Shown: piece after piece, positions 22,433 through 34,288 of the stretch
Layout of the letters: every line of letters starts with the position of its first letter
Numbering within the stretch: position 1 is the first letter of the stretch
Source: Nemertoderma westbladi
Lineage: Eukaryota; Animalia; Xenacoelomorpha
Direction of reading: 5' to 3'
Length of the DNA stretch: 49,821 nt
Assembly: GCA_032718475.1 (NCBI GenBank)
Contig: JAUCBJ010003596.1
Span: 1 to 49,821 of the forward strand
Notes under the pieces: generated by a model
Databases searched by the model: none
What the model was told of the DNA's origin: nothing
What the model saw: only the letters and a program-made list of their open reading frames with translations
Made by a program: the position numbers and the translations under genes

Positions 22433-25390
22433 TTACGTTATGGAGTCCCTAGATATTTGTCGGATTAGGGAAGTGGTCGTAGGAAGAGTATCTTGCCTTC
22501 CATAGTTTCCGGACAGTTTTTGGTCTCTTTCCAGTAAACATAAACGACCAGCTGGGTGATTGGGTTGTCGTGTTACTTTCTCCGCTCCCTTGGCCTGTCT
22601 ACTCTCCGCCGTGGTAAGATGAGGAGGCCATTCATCTTCTTCTTTACTTAGGGAGTCGGGTCCACCTAACCAGCCGGGAGTATCTATCCGTTCTTGAGGA
22701 GTCGCTCCTCTGGAAGCGATGTCGGCTAGATTAATCATCTCGGGGCGATGTCTCCATTGATCTTCATTGGAGTTAATATCGTCATTATCTGAGGAGTATG
22801 GTGTTCCCTCAGTTAGTTCGTCCACATCACTGCTCTCCACTTCCCCCTTTACTTGGTATACCTGTTGTTGAGGTAATCTCTCTTTGAGAGTTCTACGGGA
22901 AGGGCCAGTGAAGTACCAACCTACTCTAGTTCTTACCGCATAGGTTTGTAGTGGCTGTGGTTGAGCAGGCCGTTTCTCTAATGGCTCGAGCGCCTCATGC
23001 GCGTTTTGGCCGATGAGTATTTGCACTCCATGATAATCGGTTTGGAATCGAGGTATCTCAAGATGTTGGATGCACTCGTCCTCGTCCCAATTATAAAGGT
23101 CTGCTTGGGTAGTAGCGAAGTTCTTTATAGCCACCATTTTTACTGACCTTATACTTTGTGCTCCTAATTTATCCTGGGGGGTGGACAACGCACCTACATA
23201 GTAATCTGCCGTTATGGTAGATTTCCAAACCTGCATAATTCCGGACATATTCAACTTAGTTTGGAATTTGGGTTGTCCAGCAAAGATATCTTCGGCTAGT
23301 TCTTGATCGATGAATGTTCCTGTGCTGCCGGAGTCAAGTAGGGCGTTCACTATGTAACTCTTGTTGGGACCATGAACTCGAACTTGCACTACAGGAAATT
23401 CTCTTATTCCTATGTTGGAAGTTGGAACTTTCCAAGATGGTTGTTTGTCAAAAGGAGTTGGAGTAAACTCGTCAGTGTCCTTTTCATCCGTAAGTGCTCG
23501 ATACACTGTGGTATTTATTAGGTAACAGGATTCGTTGGCATCGGAGAATTCGTCCGTATAGAATCCTTCCCACTCAGAACTTTGGTCAGTGTCGTTCACA
23601 TCACTGAATTGGACATGTGATTTGGGCTCACTTACCTGACTAGGGTTGTTTCGTTCGAATTCCGTGTGCAACAAGCTATGATGTTTCGCGCCGCACTTAG
23701 CACACCTTGCGTCAGAGTAACAGGTTCGCCGCTGGTGTCCGCGTCTGAGACAGTTATAACATAACCGTTTATCCCACAGGACTCCACGTCTATCTGCCAT
23801 GGATTTCTTTAGGAATTCTGCACACGCACTCAAACGGTGGGGCCCGTCGCACAGCGCACATTTTGGTTTGATGTTACTCACCTTAACTTGGTTAACGTTC
23901 TGCACTCTCGTTCTTTCTTCGGGCTTTCTTCCGTGAATTCTCTTAGGAGACGTAGGAGGAGTTGTTGTTACCTGTTCTCTCCTGTCACTGGTTCGAGACT
24001 TGTATTTACTTACGTCTTTATAGGTCTTGTTGTCATAGTAAGATCGTTCGGTGTCTTTCCCGCTGTCCTCTTCTTGAGAAGCTTGGCTTTCGCCGTCGTC
24101 AGTATAACACACTGGTATTATCCTTCTCCTAGAATCGGGTTTCTCACTTACCTTATTTTCCGATGTTTTCTCTCTGGCCTGCCTTATGAGTTGTAATTTT
24201 ACTTCACTATCTAAGAAAGACATGAGATCAGCCATGGTAGGACTTCGTCGTTGTTGTTCATTCATGTACAACACTTTCTTGTCCCAGCGCGTACATACTC
24301 CACCCTTTGGTAAAGTAGAGACTACGGCTCCAATAACCATGGAACTCTGATATTCATGCGACTTACCTAACCAGTCCAGTTGTCTACAGATCTCTTGAAT
24401 TTCATCGGAAAACTCTATAATCCCACTACTAAGGAAGTGTCGGGGGGCTACTAATTTTGTATACAAATACTTAGCTATGTTATCTTTGTTACCATACCTG
24501 ATATTTAATGTATCCCAAACTTGTCTTAATCCATCTGGATGTCCAATAAACTTTAACGCCATTAACTTGGGAGGTCCTTCCAAACACTTGATGAGGAATC
24601 TAAGTTTCTCTCCGTTAGATAGTACAGAGTTCTGTATGCTATCTTTGTAATATTCGTTGAAAGGTAACCATTTCATCTCATCTCCATTGAATTTGACGAT
24701 CTCTCCCACTTTGACCGCTTGGCGGGCTTCTGTTCTAGCCATCTGGCGCGTAAAGCTTTCTTGGGCCATCGTGTTATTTAATATCGAATTATCGGTATAT
24801 AAATTTCTCGGATCATTATCAGGTCTATAGGGAATATCATTAATAACAGGTCTATAATCACCCTTAATAGGGTTTGTTATAGGAGTTTCAACTTCACTAG
24901 CAGTATAGATGCGTGTAGGCTCCACACCTTGCGCATGTAATACTTCAGACCTAACAGGTTGACACAATGTTACAGGGGGTATTGGTATGCCCTTTTGTAT
25001 ATTGACTAATTTGTCGCGTTCTAGTGCGATACTTTGCTGCACTTCTTGCAACTCTGCTCTACCTTCCCTCACTGTTCCCTTAAGTTGGTGGACAGTCTCC
25101 TGCATCTGTCCTAGCAGGAGATTCATCCCCCGCCGTCCCTCTTCCACCCACTCAACCGCCGAAGCGGGAGTCGCCAACATAGTAGCGGGCTGACGCGGGA
25201 CGACGGGAGACAAATTATTGATTTCTCTCTCTGCTATCTGGACAGGGGTATTTGCATGGACTGTTCCACCGGGTACAGGCAGTGTAGTGCTGTGTAAAGG
25301 GAATTTAGAGTTAAGCTCTGGAAGTGCAGGGGTCTCTAGCACAGAAGTGACTTGGGGAACGACAGGCCTAATTATTTCAGGCTCATCAAC
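22433..25390 (-). CDS. BEL/Pao Gag-protease polyprotein, 3' part, with vestigial pol ends
   Basis: DUF1759-like FNGDEMKWLPF...LSNGEKLRFLIKCLEG; knuckles CALCDGPHRLSAC, CYNCLRRGHQRRTC and CAKCGAKHHSLLH; protease ALLDSGSTGTFI...ILIG; remnant WRH..INLADIASRG...WLGGPDSL....EWP. Confidence 0.92.
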   Translation of the reverse strand, partial: VDEPEIIRPVVPQVTSVLETPALPELNSKFPLHSTTLPVPGGTVHANTPVQIAEREINNLSPVVPRQPATMLATPASAVEWVEEGRRGMNLLLGQMQETVHQLKGTVREGRAELQEVQQSIALERDKLVNIQKGIPIPPVTLCQPVRSEVLHAQGVEPTRIYTASEVETPITNPIKGDYRPVINDIPYRPDNDPRNLYTDNSILNNTMAQESFTRQMARTEARQAVKVGEIVKFNGDEMKWLPFNEYYKDSIQNSVLSNGEKLRFLIKCLEGPPKLMALKFIGHPDGLRQVWDTLNIRYGNKDNIAKYLYTKLVAPRHFLSSGIIEFSDEIQEICRQLDWLGKSHEYQSSMVIGAVVSTLPKGGVCTRWDKKVLYMNEQQRRSPTMADLMSFLDSEVKLQLIRQAREKTSENKVSEKPDSRRRIIPVCYTDDGESQASQEEDSGKDTERSYYDNKTYKDVSKYKSRTSDRREQVTTTPPTSPKRIHGRKPEERTRVQNVNQVKVSNIKPKCALCDGPHRLSACAEFLKKSMADRRGVLWDKRLCYNCLRRGHQRRTCYSDARCAKCGAKHHSLLHTEFERNNPSQVSEPKSHVQFSDVNDTDQSSEWEGFYTDEFSDANESCYLINTTVYRALTDEKDTDEFTPTPFDKQPSWKVPTSNIGIREFPVVQVRVHGPNKSYIVNALLDSGSTGTFIDQELAEDIFAGQPKFQTKLNMSGIMQVWKSTITADYYVGALSTPQDKLGAQSIRSVKMVAIKNFATTQADLYNWDEDECIQHLEIPRFQTDYHGVQILIGQNAHEALEPLEKRPAQPQPLQTYAVRTRVGWYFTGPSRRTLKERLPQQQVYQVKGEVESSDVDELTEGTPYSSDNDDINSNEDQWRHRPEMINLADIASRGATPQERIDTPGWLGGPDSLSKEEDEWPPHLTTAESRQAKGAEKVTRQPNHPAGRLCLLERDQKLSGNYGRQDTLPTTTSLIRQISRDSIT

Positions 25391-25394
25391 TATT

Positions 25395-27403
25395 CTGCCG
25401 TTGTTTGGCAATACACCCTATCCTAAAAAAACACATTTTGAGATATTAACCTAAACGCGTTTCCCCTAATTCAACATTGAAGACATTGTGAGAAATCGCT
25501 GATAATGGGTCCTAAGGGAACTTAACAGGCCAACTTAGATTTTTTTAATAGAATAGATGGTGAGAGATGACGTAAAAGGGATTAAAGTGATGAAATAAAA
25601 TTATAGGCTGTTTTGCCATTCAATGTGAGCTGATTTGATGGAGATAGGGTGTTTAACCAATGGTTCTGGTTTCAAAGAAACTAGTATAAAACAGTGATTT
25701 TTTGTTCTGCCAGCATGATTTGTAGAGCATTTTGTATCACGTATTATTAGTTTAGAGCTTGCTGGAGTTGGGGTGTATTGCCATGTCAACAAGAAGTCAA
25801 AATGATGAATGATGAGGTGACTAAAATTAATTCCTTCCCAAATAAATACAAAAAGTAAAGGTATTTATTTAACCATCATCCCCAGTTCCAACCACATCTC
25901 CACCTTCCCCAGTTCCAACCACATCTCCACCTTCCCCCGTTCCAACCACATCTCTACCATCCCCAGTTCCAACAACAATTCCACCTTCCCCAGTTCCAAC
26001 AACCACTCCACCTTCCCCCGTTCCAACCACATCTCCACCTTCCCCAATTCCAACAACCATTCCACCTTCCCCAGTTCCAACCACATCTCCACCTTCCCCC
26101 GTTCCAACCACATCTCTACCATCCCCAGTTCCAACAACAATTCCACCTTCCCCAGTTCCAACAACCACTCCACCTTCCCCCGTTCCAACCACATCTCCAC
26201 CTTCCCCAGTTCCAACAACCATTCCACCTCCCCCAGTTCCAACCACATCTCCACCTTCCCCAGTTCCAACAACCATTCCACCTTCCCCAGTTCCAACAAC
26301 CATTCCACCTTCCCCAGTTCCAACAACCACTCCACCTTCCCCCGTTCCAACCACATCTCTACCATCCCCAGTTCCAACAACAATTCCACCTTCCCCAGTT
26401 CCAACAACCACTCCACCTTCCCCCGTTCCAACCACATCTCCACCTTCCCCAGTTCCAACAACCACTCCACCTTCCCCCGTTCCAACCACATCTCCTCCTT
26501 CCCCCATTCCAACAACCACTCCACCTTCCCCCGTTCCAACAACCATTCCACCTTCCCCAGTTCCAACAACAATTCCACCTTCCCCAGTTCCAACAACCAC
26601 TCCACCTTCCCCCGTTCCAACAACCATTCCACTTTCCCCAGTTCCAACAACCATTCCACCTCCCCCAGTTCCAACAACCATTCCACCTTCCCCAGTTCCA
26701 ACAAGAGCTCCATCTTCTTCACCTTCCGCTTCCCCAGTACCTAACACTACATCACCCATCCCAGGCCCGCGTCCAACTACTCCATCTGTCCCAGTTCCTA
26801 TTTCTCCTTCTGATGTAATAACAAATCTAAAAAACGTATCCAGATTCTCTTCCTCGTCATTATTGTCAAACTCCATTTCCCCTTAAAACTTACAAGACTG
26901 TTAGTACATTGTTGGTTGTAATAAAGAGTAAATTCCTAACAAAAATCAATATAACTAGATAGGGTAAATTAATTAGCGCCAGGTCAAATTAAAATAACTA
27001 AAATTAATTTCCCGCCAGACAGAGTTACCTTTAAGTAGTGTAAATAAATATTAAATGACAAAGGATATTACTTCTGATTGGTCAATTCCTTAACTAATTG
27101 ATTGGCTTAAAAGTAAAGCGCAAGGCAAAAAACCCTAACTCAAGGATAGGGTTATTTGGTCGACAGAGATAACAAAGCAAAGCACCCTATATGGTCGAAT
27201 TTAGCTATGGGGGGTTTTGCCTCGAAGCTGTTGATTTAAGATGCTGCCATGGGGTGTTTTAAGATTGAAAAAGTCCGATTTCGTGAAAGGAACACCCCAC
27301 TTTTCTTAGTTTCATTGAAAAGAGCGTGTCAAGTTACCCCAATTGGTCAAATAAAATTTTTTTTGAAAATTTTGAGATAGGGTGTATTGCCAAACAACGG
27401 CAG
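25395..27403. mobile_element. Non-autonomous TIR DNA transposon (2009 bp; possibly Sola-like) inserted in gag
   Basis: Perfect 28-bp TIRs CTGCCGTTGTTTGGCAATACACCCTATC (25395-25422 / 27376-27403); 4-bp TSD TATT (25391-25394, 27404-27407). The superfamily call is tentative and rests on the 4-bp AT-rich TSD. Confidence 0.9.
25873..26710. repeat. 27-bp minisatellite (CCACCTTCCCCAGTTCCAACAACCACT-type), ~31 copies, inside the TIR element
   Basis: Visible tandem array; translates as (GTGEGGxVV)n in ORF 25869-26876. Confidence 0.93.
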
Positions 27404-28645
27404 TATTGTAGGTAGTCTTTTGACCTGAATGGTTTGGTCTGTAGGTTCTGTACTACCTAACTCTGTGCTAGCTAGTTGTCTTCTGACAGCTGGGGGCAAA
27501 TCAGGCAATTTGTGACGGTAAGATGTTTTTCTACGCCTGTTTAGACGAGATCTATTTCCTCCGCCTTCAGGATCGGTGGTCTCGCCTTCCTCCGAGGATG
27601 TGTATCCCTGGCGCTTGGGAGTAGCTTTTCTCATCATCTGCATTTGATTAGCAGTAAACTGTTTATTTATACTGTCTTGTGTCTCTTGCAGATTTTCCAA
27701 CTCCAGTTGGGTAGTCTGCTCAGCGGCTCTCCGTTCTGCTTCGGCCACTGCCCTTTCCGCCTTTGCTTCTGCCGCCGCTGCCTTTCTTTTTGCTTCTGCT
27801 TCTGCCGCTGCTGCCTTTCTTTCTGCTTCTACTTCTGCCGCCGCTGCCTTTTCTGCTTTTCTTTCTGCTTCTGCATCTGCCATAGCTGCCGCCTTTTGTT
27901 CCTCTATCCTTCTTTTCTTTATTTGTTCTTCTCGGACTCTAATGAGGCGGAGTTTTTCATCACATTCAGCTTGGTTTGCAGCTAACATTTCGGCATCGAT
28001 TGCGTCCAACACAAGCTTGGTTCCTTCACTATTAGGGGAAAGTCCAGACAGCCGTCTCCTCAACTCTTCGTCTCCTAGGAATCGCTGATAGTCGGACAAA
28101 TAAATGTCGATAGCGTCTCTAGTTCGCGGCTTCTCTGCTGATGTTAATTCGCTTTCCACTTCGCTTTCCACCTCGCTTTCCACTTCGCTTTCCACCTCAC
28201 TTTCCACTTCGCTTTCCACCTCACTTTCCACTTGAGAAGAAGTGGCGTCGATTGATTCCCCACAGGCTGGCCGCCCATCATAAACCGTATCCGCCATCTT
28301 CGCTCCGCGTTCTGGCGTCCGCTCAACAGTATCCGAACTACTGGAGCTATCGGACCGCTGAGAACCAGGTTCTTGGCTAGGAGGTTGCTGCTGTTTTATA
28401 GCTTCTTCTTGATCCCGCTTGACTTGGGCCCGAGTGCCTATGGCAGACCAACGGCGCTTCACTAACTTCGCAAATTGCGAAATCTTTTCTACCAACCTAG
28501 GTTCTGTCACAACCACTGCAGGGGTTGCTCTTCTTATAGTATGAGGGGTTTCAGACCTCGGTCTGGGATTCTCTACACTTTGATCTGAGAAACAGGCTGT
28601 TGTTTCTAGGAGACTATCTGACAGAGTTTGCCTTGTGTCAGCCAT
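27404..28645 (-). CDS. BEL/Pao Gag, 5' part (414 aa; ESEV repeats, Ala/Glu/Lys coiled coil)
   Basis: Removing the TIR element plus one TSD joins ...KRLPTI|VDEPEII... in frame with 22433-25390. Confidence 0.85.
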
Positions 28646-30004
28646 GTTTGATTGTACAGTCGAATGCCTACTGCTATATTACAGTTAAAGCAAGTCTAGT
28701 AATTCAGTATCACTGTTAGCCTAATAATTAATTACCGATACTGCTACTCAGTGTAGCGTGATATATATATAATATATTAGAATACCGGTATGCTTATAAT
28801 ATATATATAAGTATTATTACAGACTAGATTTGTCACAGAGTACCGGTATATAATTTTAGCACAAATATATATAAATATATAATAGGCCTATCGTGAATAC
28901 CGGTATACAGCCTACACTTATAGTATATAAGTATAATTCTGGACTATAATTAATTACAGAGTACCGGTATGATTTCAGCACAAATTTATAGAAATAAATA
29001 TAATAAGCCTATGGTAAATACCGGTATGTCAATTATTTTAGAATAATTGAATTTCTGAATATTTTAGGGTTACTTGGTTACTTTAACTTACTTTATTACC
29101 GTTATTTAAGCAGCAGTCCAACTGATATTGAGACCTAGTTGTTGTATGGCAGGCCTACTATTTATAAATCGTTTGAGTTGATTTATAATATTTATATACC
29201 CGTTATATGGGTTTTTGTCAATATTTGAAATAATGTTATTATTTCTGGGGGGTCACTACACAGAAGCTGTGCGCTCTCAGTGGAGTGCTATTTATTGGAC
29301 ACTAAAACAGATAATTCTAATTTACCTAAGTTACTTAATACTACAAATTACTTACGATACGGGTGAGATTAAATCTCTAATTAAACACAACAAAAATATT
29401 ACGTACGAAATTTTTAGGGTAATTTTACAGGAAGTCTACAAACCAGCCTAACAAAGGGTTAGATTTCTGGCTATTACAAAGGACAGGGTACTACGGTATT
29501 TAAATAATAAGTAGTAGTAAATATATTGTACTGTCCAGATAGGAAAATACCACCGCCTGACGACCTATAACCGTATCGCTATAGGTACTACGTTATGTAT
29601 CACGGATTGTTCCTACCCGGAAGCTAATAGAGCTAACGAATGTGCCTATCAACCACTTTACAACACAAATATACTGCCTACACTAATTACTTCGGAAGGC
29701 ACTGTACTCTAAACCCTAAATTAGGTACAAGTACCGGTATAACAAATAATCAGTAGTTAAATATACTTGAACAGTTAAAAGAACCACGGCATCTGCTGGA
29801 GTGACCGAAGCACCAAGTCGTCAGTCTTTACCTACGCCAAGCAGCCCTGATGTAGTACCGGAGTTAGTTTAACTATAACGGTATGTATAACAAGCACAAT
29901 TACTGTAGGAATAAACTTGGGGACATGAATGTTGCGAATAATCGCATAAACTCTGAATAATAAATATTACGCTACCCGTACAGAATACTCAAACAAATAC
30001 AAAC

Positions 30005-30520
30005 CAAAACGCTGGCAGACTACTATCAAGCCTAAACAAACTACAGTATGTGCAGATTCTGAAACTGTTAGTTAGTATGCGTTCTAACACGGTAGTACGA
30101 CTTACTCTTTAAGAGGGGATTGTCCTTACAGCATATGGCTGCCCCAACTTACTAACGGCACTTGATCAGACCAACTCTACACACGCAGCAATCCCTTCAG
30201 ACCTAAAAATAGCTAGACAACAATCCAGCCTACAAATATTTGAGTAATAACTAGTACGGTACCTGAACAGACCACACAAACAAACACAGGCTAAAACACT
30301 GGCAGACTACGATCAAGCCTAAATAAACTACAGTATATGCAGACTCTGAAACTGTTAGTTAGTATGCGTTCTAACACGGTAGTACGACTTATTCTTTAAG
30401 AGGGGATTGACCTTCAGCATATGGCTGCCCCAACTTACTAACGGCACTTTATCAGACAAACTCTACACACGCCGTAATCTCTCCAAACTCAACAACAGTC
30501 AGACAGCAGCTCAGCCTACA
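30005..30520. repeat. Diverged direct duplication (~230-bp copies, ~288-bp spacing) in the 5' leader of the LTR element
   Basis: ctggcagactac...ctgaaactgttagttagtatgcgttctaacacggtagtacgactta...cagcatatggctgccccaacttactaacggcact occurs twice. Confidence 0.88.
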
Positions 30521-30888
30521 ATTATCTGGACAATCTGAGCAGGGTCACACGCCTTCTGCTCAATATTAGCCTACTAGTAAATAAAACTGAAAGAAATAGA
30601 CCTAAGTAAAATCTCAATAAAAACCAGGCGTCCCCGATTTAATATCGAGACCTACCGGTATACAATAATCAAAATCGAATAATACTAAATGTACTTGTAC
30701 AGCAGTACCGGTACCGGTGATGACAGTTAGGCCTACTGACCTACAGAAGCACCGGTTCAGTTTTACCAGTCACTACGGTATTTTGTAACCTTATTGCCTA
30801 CTGCAATAAGATCGATAACTGTTACTGTTCGACAGAACAGTATTAAACTGTATTTAATGCTTACACTGCAATAGAAACTAACTGTTAC

Positions 30889-32125
30889 TGTTCGCGCTTT
30901 TGAAGACCTTTAGCAGTTTAACCTGCCAAAATTTATATGTCTTTTAGTTAATTAACACACCTTTAGCATACGACAATATTTTATGCTAATACGCAAAACA
31001 TTAGCCGAAGCCAGCCCATGCGCGATCATTCACCCGATGGATCTACACCCGGGAGGCTGAATTCGGATGCTTAGATTTTATTATTGCAGTGTAAGGTTGC
31101 AGTGTAAACCTATTGTATTATTCGATAGATCACTAATATGTAATTTCTGACAGATATTATTAACTTTCGGGAAATATTAACAGTTCCTTTAGGACGTGGC
31201 GCTCTATCTATTTAAACAGAGCTAGGACTTATACTAAACGCAACGATAAGGCTTATGATTAAAGTATAAGTCGCATTCTTTAGGAAATGCTTTGTTACCA
31301 GTCACATCACACTCACAATCATGCACACTATTCTGCCGACCGTCAGTATATTTGATCACACATAAAGAGAACAGCAATTGACTCAGGTAGTGTCTACTAA
31401 ATAACATTAGATTCAATACACACCACATTGATATAAATCGCAATTGTTATATATAGCCCGCCTCTCTAACCTGTAGTGTATCAAGAAAATTGGGAATTTT
31501 GGGTGATTTATCCGTATTCTCCAAAGAGCAATATTTCCATCAACAAATAGATACAATTAATAACTGACGGTAAATAACAGTACAAACAATATGATTAGTG
31601 CAGTTGAATTAAGTGAGGTAACACCGCCGCCGGTAACAGTTATACTTTCTATAATCTAAGCAGTTTTACTAGAGTTCTTCCCAAAAAGCCGGTGTTTCTG
31701 GCTTAGACAGCAATAACAACAAAGTATCAAGAAAAAACAGTAAGACTGAACACTCTCCTTATGATCGGCTGAAAAGCTACACGTCGACAGGAAAAATCGC
31801 TCTGATTGGCTCAAGCCAAACAAAGAACCGTACATCCAATGGCTGTTTCCATGTCAGCAACCAGCTGTTAGATGTCGTAATATGAATCATCACGGCTAAG
31901 CTGTGAAAGGTAATTAATGCATTACAGGTTTTTTGCCTTACCATGTCCGCCAAAACACGTATATAGCAGAATTACTTTTATGTCCGTTAAAACACCTGTA
32001 AAGGTACCTTGCGGGCGAGGGGAATATATATACAGTCAGAGAACCTTTTTTAGAGTATTCCAGCGCCTGGGGGAAACTGGATTGCGAAGCAAAGGGGCCA
32101 GTTATATCCCACAGAAGCTTTTACA
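30889..32125 (-). repeat. 5' LTR (1237 bp)
   Basis: Same length as 18207-19443 and, by eye, the same sequence; the ORF track shows an identical 69-aa ORF in both copies. Confidence 0.96.
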
Positions 32126-34288
32126 GAATCTCTGAGGATGTCTTGGACAAGGGTGCTCTGATTTAACAGATTTAGAACCATTGTAGATGAGGCCGATTTA
32201 TGTAAGCTGAGCATCCGTTTGCAATACATTGATTTGACCCTGTCGATATCTTTCAGGTTAGCTAGAGTTAGGAACGGCGAGATTTCTGTGATAGCATATA
32301 ATATAATTGGGGCGATTTTTGCTTTGAATATTTGGAGGCCGGTGTCAATAGACATGAGAGGGAGATTATTAAGACAACCTATGGCGCTGTACGCTTTTTT
32401 CTTTTTCTTTAAGATATGACGAGTGAAGCAAAGGGTTGGTTGCATTGTAACTCCAAGATATTCGTACTCATTTGTGATTGGGACAATGTCACCTCCGTAA
32501 GTAAATTGATCTGTGTTGGACAATCGACCTGCTTTTCTGAATTTTACTATTTTTGTCTTAGTTAGGTTTACTATCATTCCATTATCTAGAGACCAGTCGT
32601 GTAATACATTTAATGCATTCTGAATGGATTCTTTATTACTTGAGAAGAAGGCTAGGTCGTCAGCATAGAATATAAATTTAACTAAAACAACCAGTTGACG
32701 CAGACGCGTGGCCAGGTCAGCGATGAAAATTAAAAAGCAAGTGGGAGAGAAACAATCGCCCTGTAGTACGCCGCGGAGTTGTTCTATAACGTTTGACAGT
32801 TGTAGCCCGTCAAAGACACGGAGTCTGTTGTCAAATAGGTCTTTAACAAGATTATACAGCTTTCCCCGGATACCAAAATTGTACAACTTGTAGAGTAGGA
32901 CTGCTCTGTTAACCATGTCGAAGGCCTTCTTGAAGTCCACAAAGGCCATACAGTAGATGTGCCGATCCGACCGCGCTGGTTGTTGCAAGGCAGAGGCTAT
33001 ATTATTAATAAGAGTCCGAATAGCATGTTGTGTTGATTTACCAATGGAGAAACCGAACTGTTCTGGTGGTAACAAGTGACCTATGTGTAGGCGAACTCTA
33101 GTGTTTATAATCGATGTGAAGATCTTGAGCATTACACAGATTAACGCGATGCCTCGGTAACTATCAGGATTAGATACTGCACCCATACCTTTGTACAATA
33201 TTACAATGATGCTCTCCTTCCATTTGGTCGGAATTTTCCCAATATTTAAGCATGTGTTATACAGTAATGTTAACATTGTGACTATAAAAGGAGCTAATTG
33301 TTTTAAATGTTCATAGAATATTCTGTCAGAGCCGCTAGCCTTTTTATTGGAAGAGTTGTTTATTGTTGAGTAAACCTCCTCTTCTGTGATCTCGGAGTTG
33401 AACCAGTCATTCGAGTTCATTTCAGCTTCATTCGTAGTGGGAATAGATGGCGCATTCCTAGCGGCAGACTGCTGCCCAAGGACATTGGTAAAATGAGATT
33501 CCAGTGTATTCGAATCTATTGGTGCGACTGAGGACTTTCTCTTCTCATTCATACACCACGGATTTATTTCTGAGTTTGAAATCAGTTCGAGTAGGCATTT
33601 TTCCTTGTAGGCCGAGCGTTTATTCTTAGTAAGTACCTTATACTGTTTCCTAGTTGTCCAGAATAATGTATTGTCATTATCGGAATTGTTTCGAGTTGAC
33701 ATGGCGGCCAGTAAAGAGGTTTTTAATGCCCGGCATTCGCTATCGAACCAGGGCTTGTTTATTCGGGGGAGCTCGCTTGGGGGCTGTGAAGTCAGATACT
33801 GCGCCAGTTAGGAGTTGGACTGCAGTCTCAATATCGTTTCGCTGGAGTGATATTCCAATTTCCACGAGATTTTGGTGTTCTATGAAGGTTGTAATGTTTA
33901 TTTTCCGTGAAAGGTTCTGTAATCGGGGTTGGTAGGAGTGGTTCCAGGTTAGTTCCATTTCCATTACAACACGGACGGAAACAGGTTGGTGTTTACGAAA
34001 GGGTTGTCTGCCAACACATGCAGTCGGTAGGTGCTTTGGGGTTGGGCCGTAATATTTTATAAACAGTAAGTCAATAACACTATCTCCTTGAGGTGAGATG
34101 TATGTGTGAGAGTTTGGCTGGTTTAGCTCATTAAAACCGAGAGTATATTTTAGAGAGTCCGTAAGGTCCCTGCCCCATGTGCCGTAGTCCATACGGCAGT
34201 TAAAGTCACCACCTATGACGATGGTCATTGGTTGGGTGGTGAATGAAAGGGCGTTGTTAAGGGTGAGACAAATGTCAGCAACTCTCAA
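32126..34288 (-). mobile_element. LINE (APE endonuclease + RT), 5'-truncated, interrupted by the LTR element
   Basis: Endonuclease motifs GGDFN, TYIS..G.SVIDL; linker KPWFDSECR; RT motifs KASGSDRI, SYRGIAL, QFGF, FVDFKKAFD, GVLQGDCFSP, FYADD, YEYLG. One frameshift near 33760-33780. Confidence 0.93.

Larger units (their letters stand above)
18207..32125 (-). mobile_element. BEL/Pao LTR retrotransposon, non-autonomous (Gag-protease only), 13,919 bp including a nested insertion
   Basis: 1237-bp direct repeats with TGT...ACA termini; 5-bp TSD GAATC at 18202-18206 and 32126-32130; BEL-type Gag with three zinc knuckles and a DSG protease; purine tract GGGAGCGG next to the 3' LTR. Confidence 0.95.

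Noticed and set aside
25865-26722. 285-aa LELGKVEW-repeat ORF
   Set aside because: Alternative frame of the 27-bp minisatellite with no unique sequence.
32050-32125. C-terminus VKASVGYNWPLCFAIQFPPGAGIL of the 550-aa RT ORF
   Set aside because: Read-through into the LTR; the true C-terminus is at 18201-17877.
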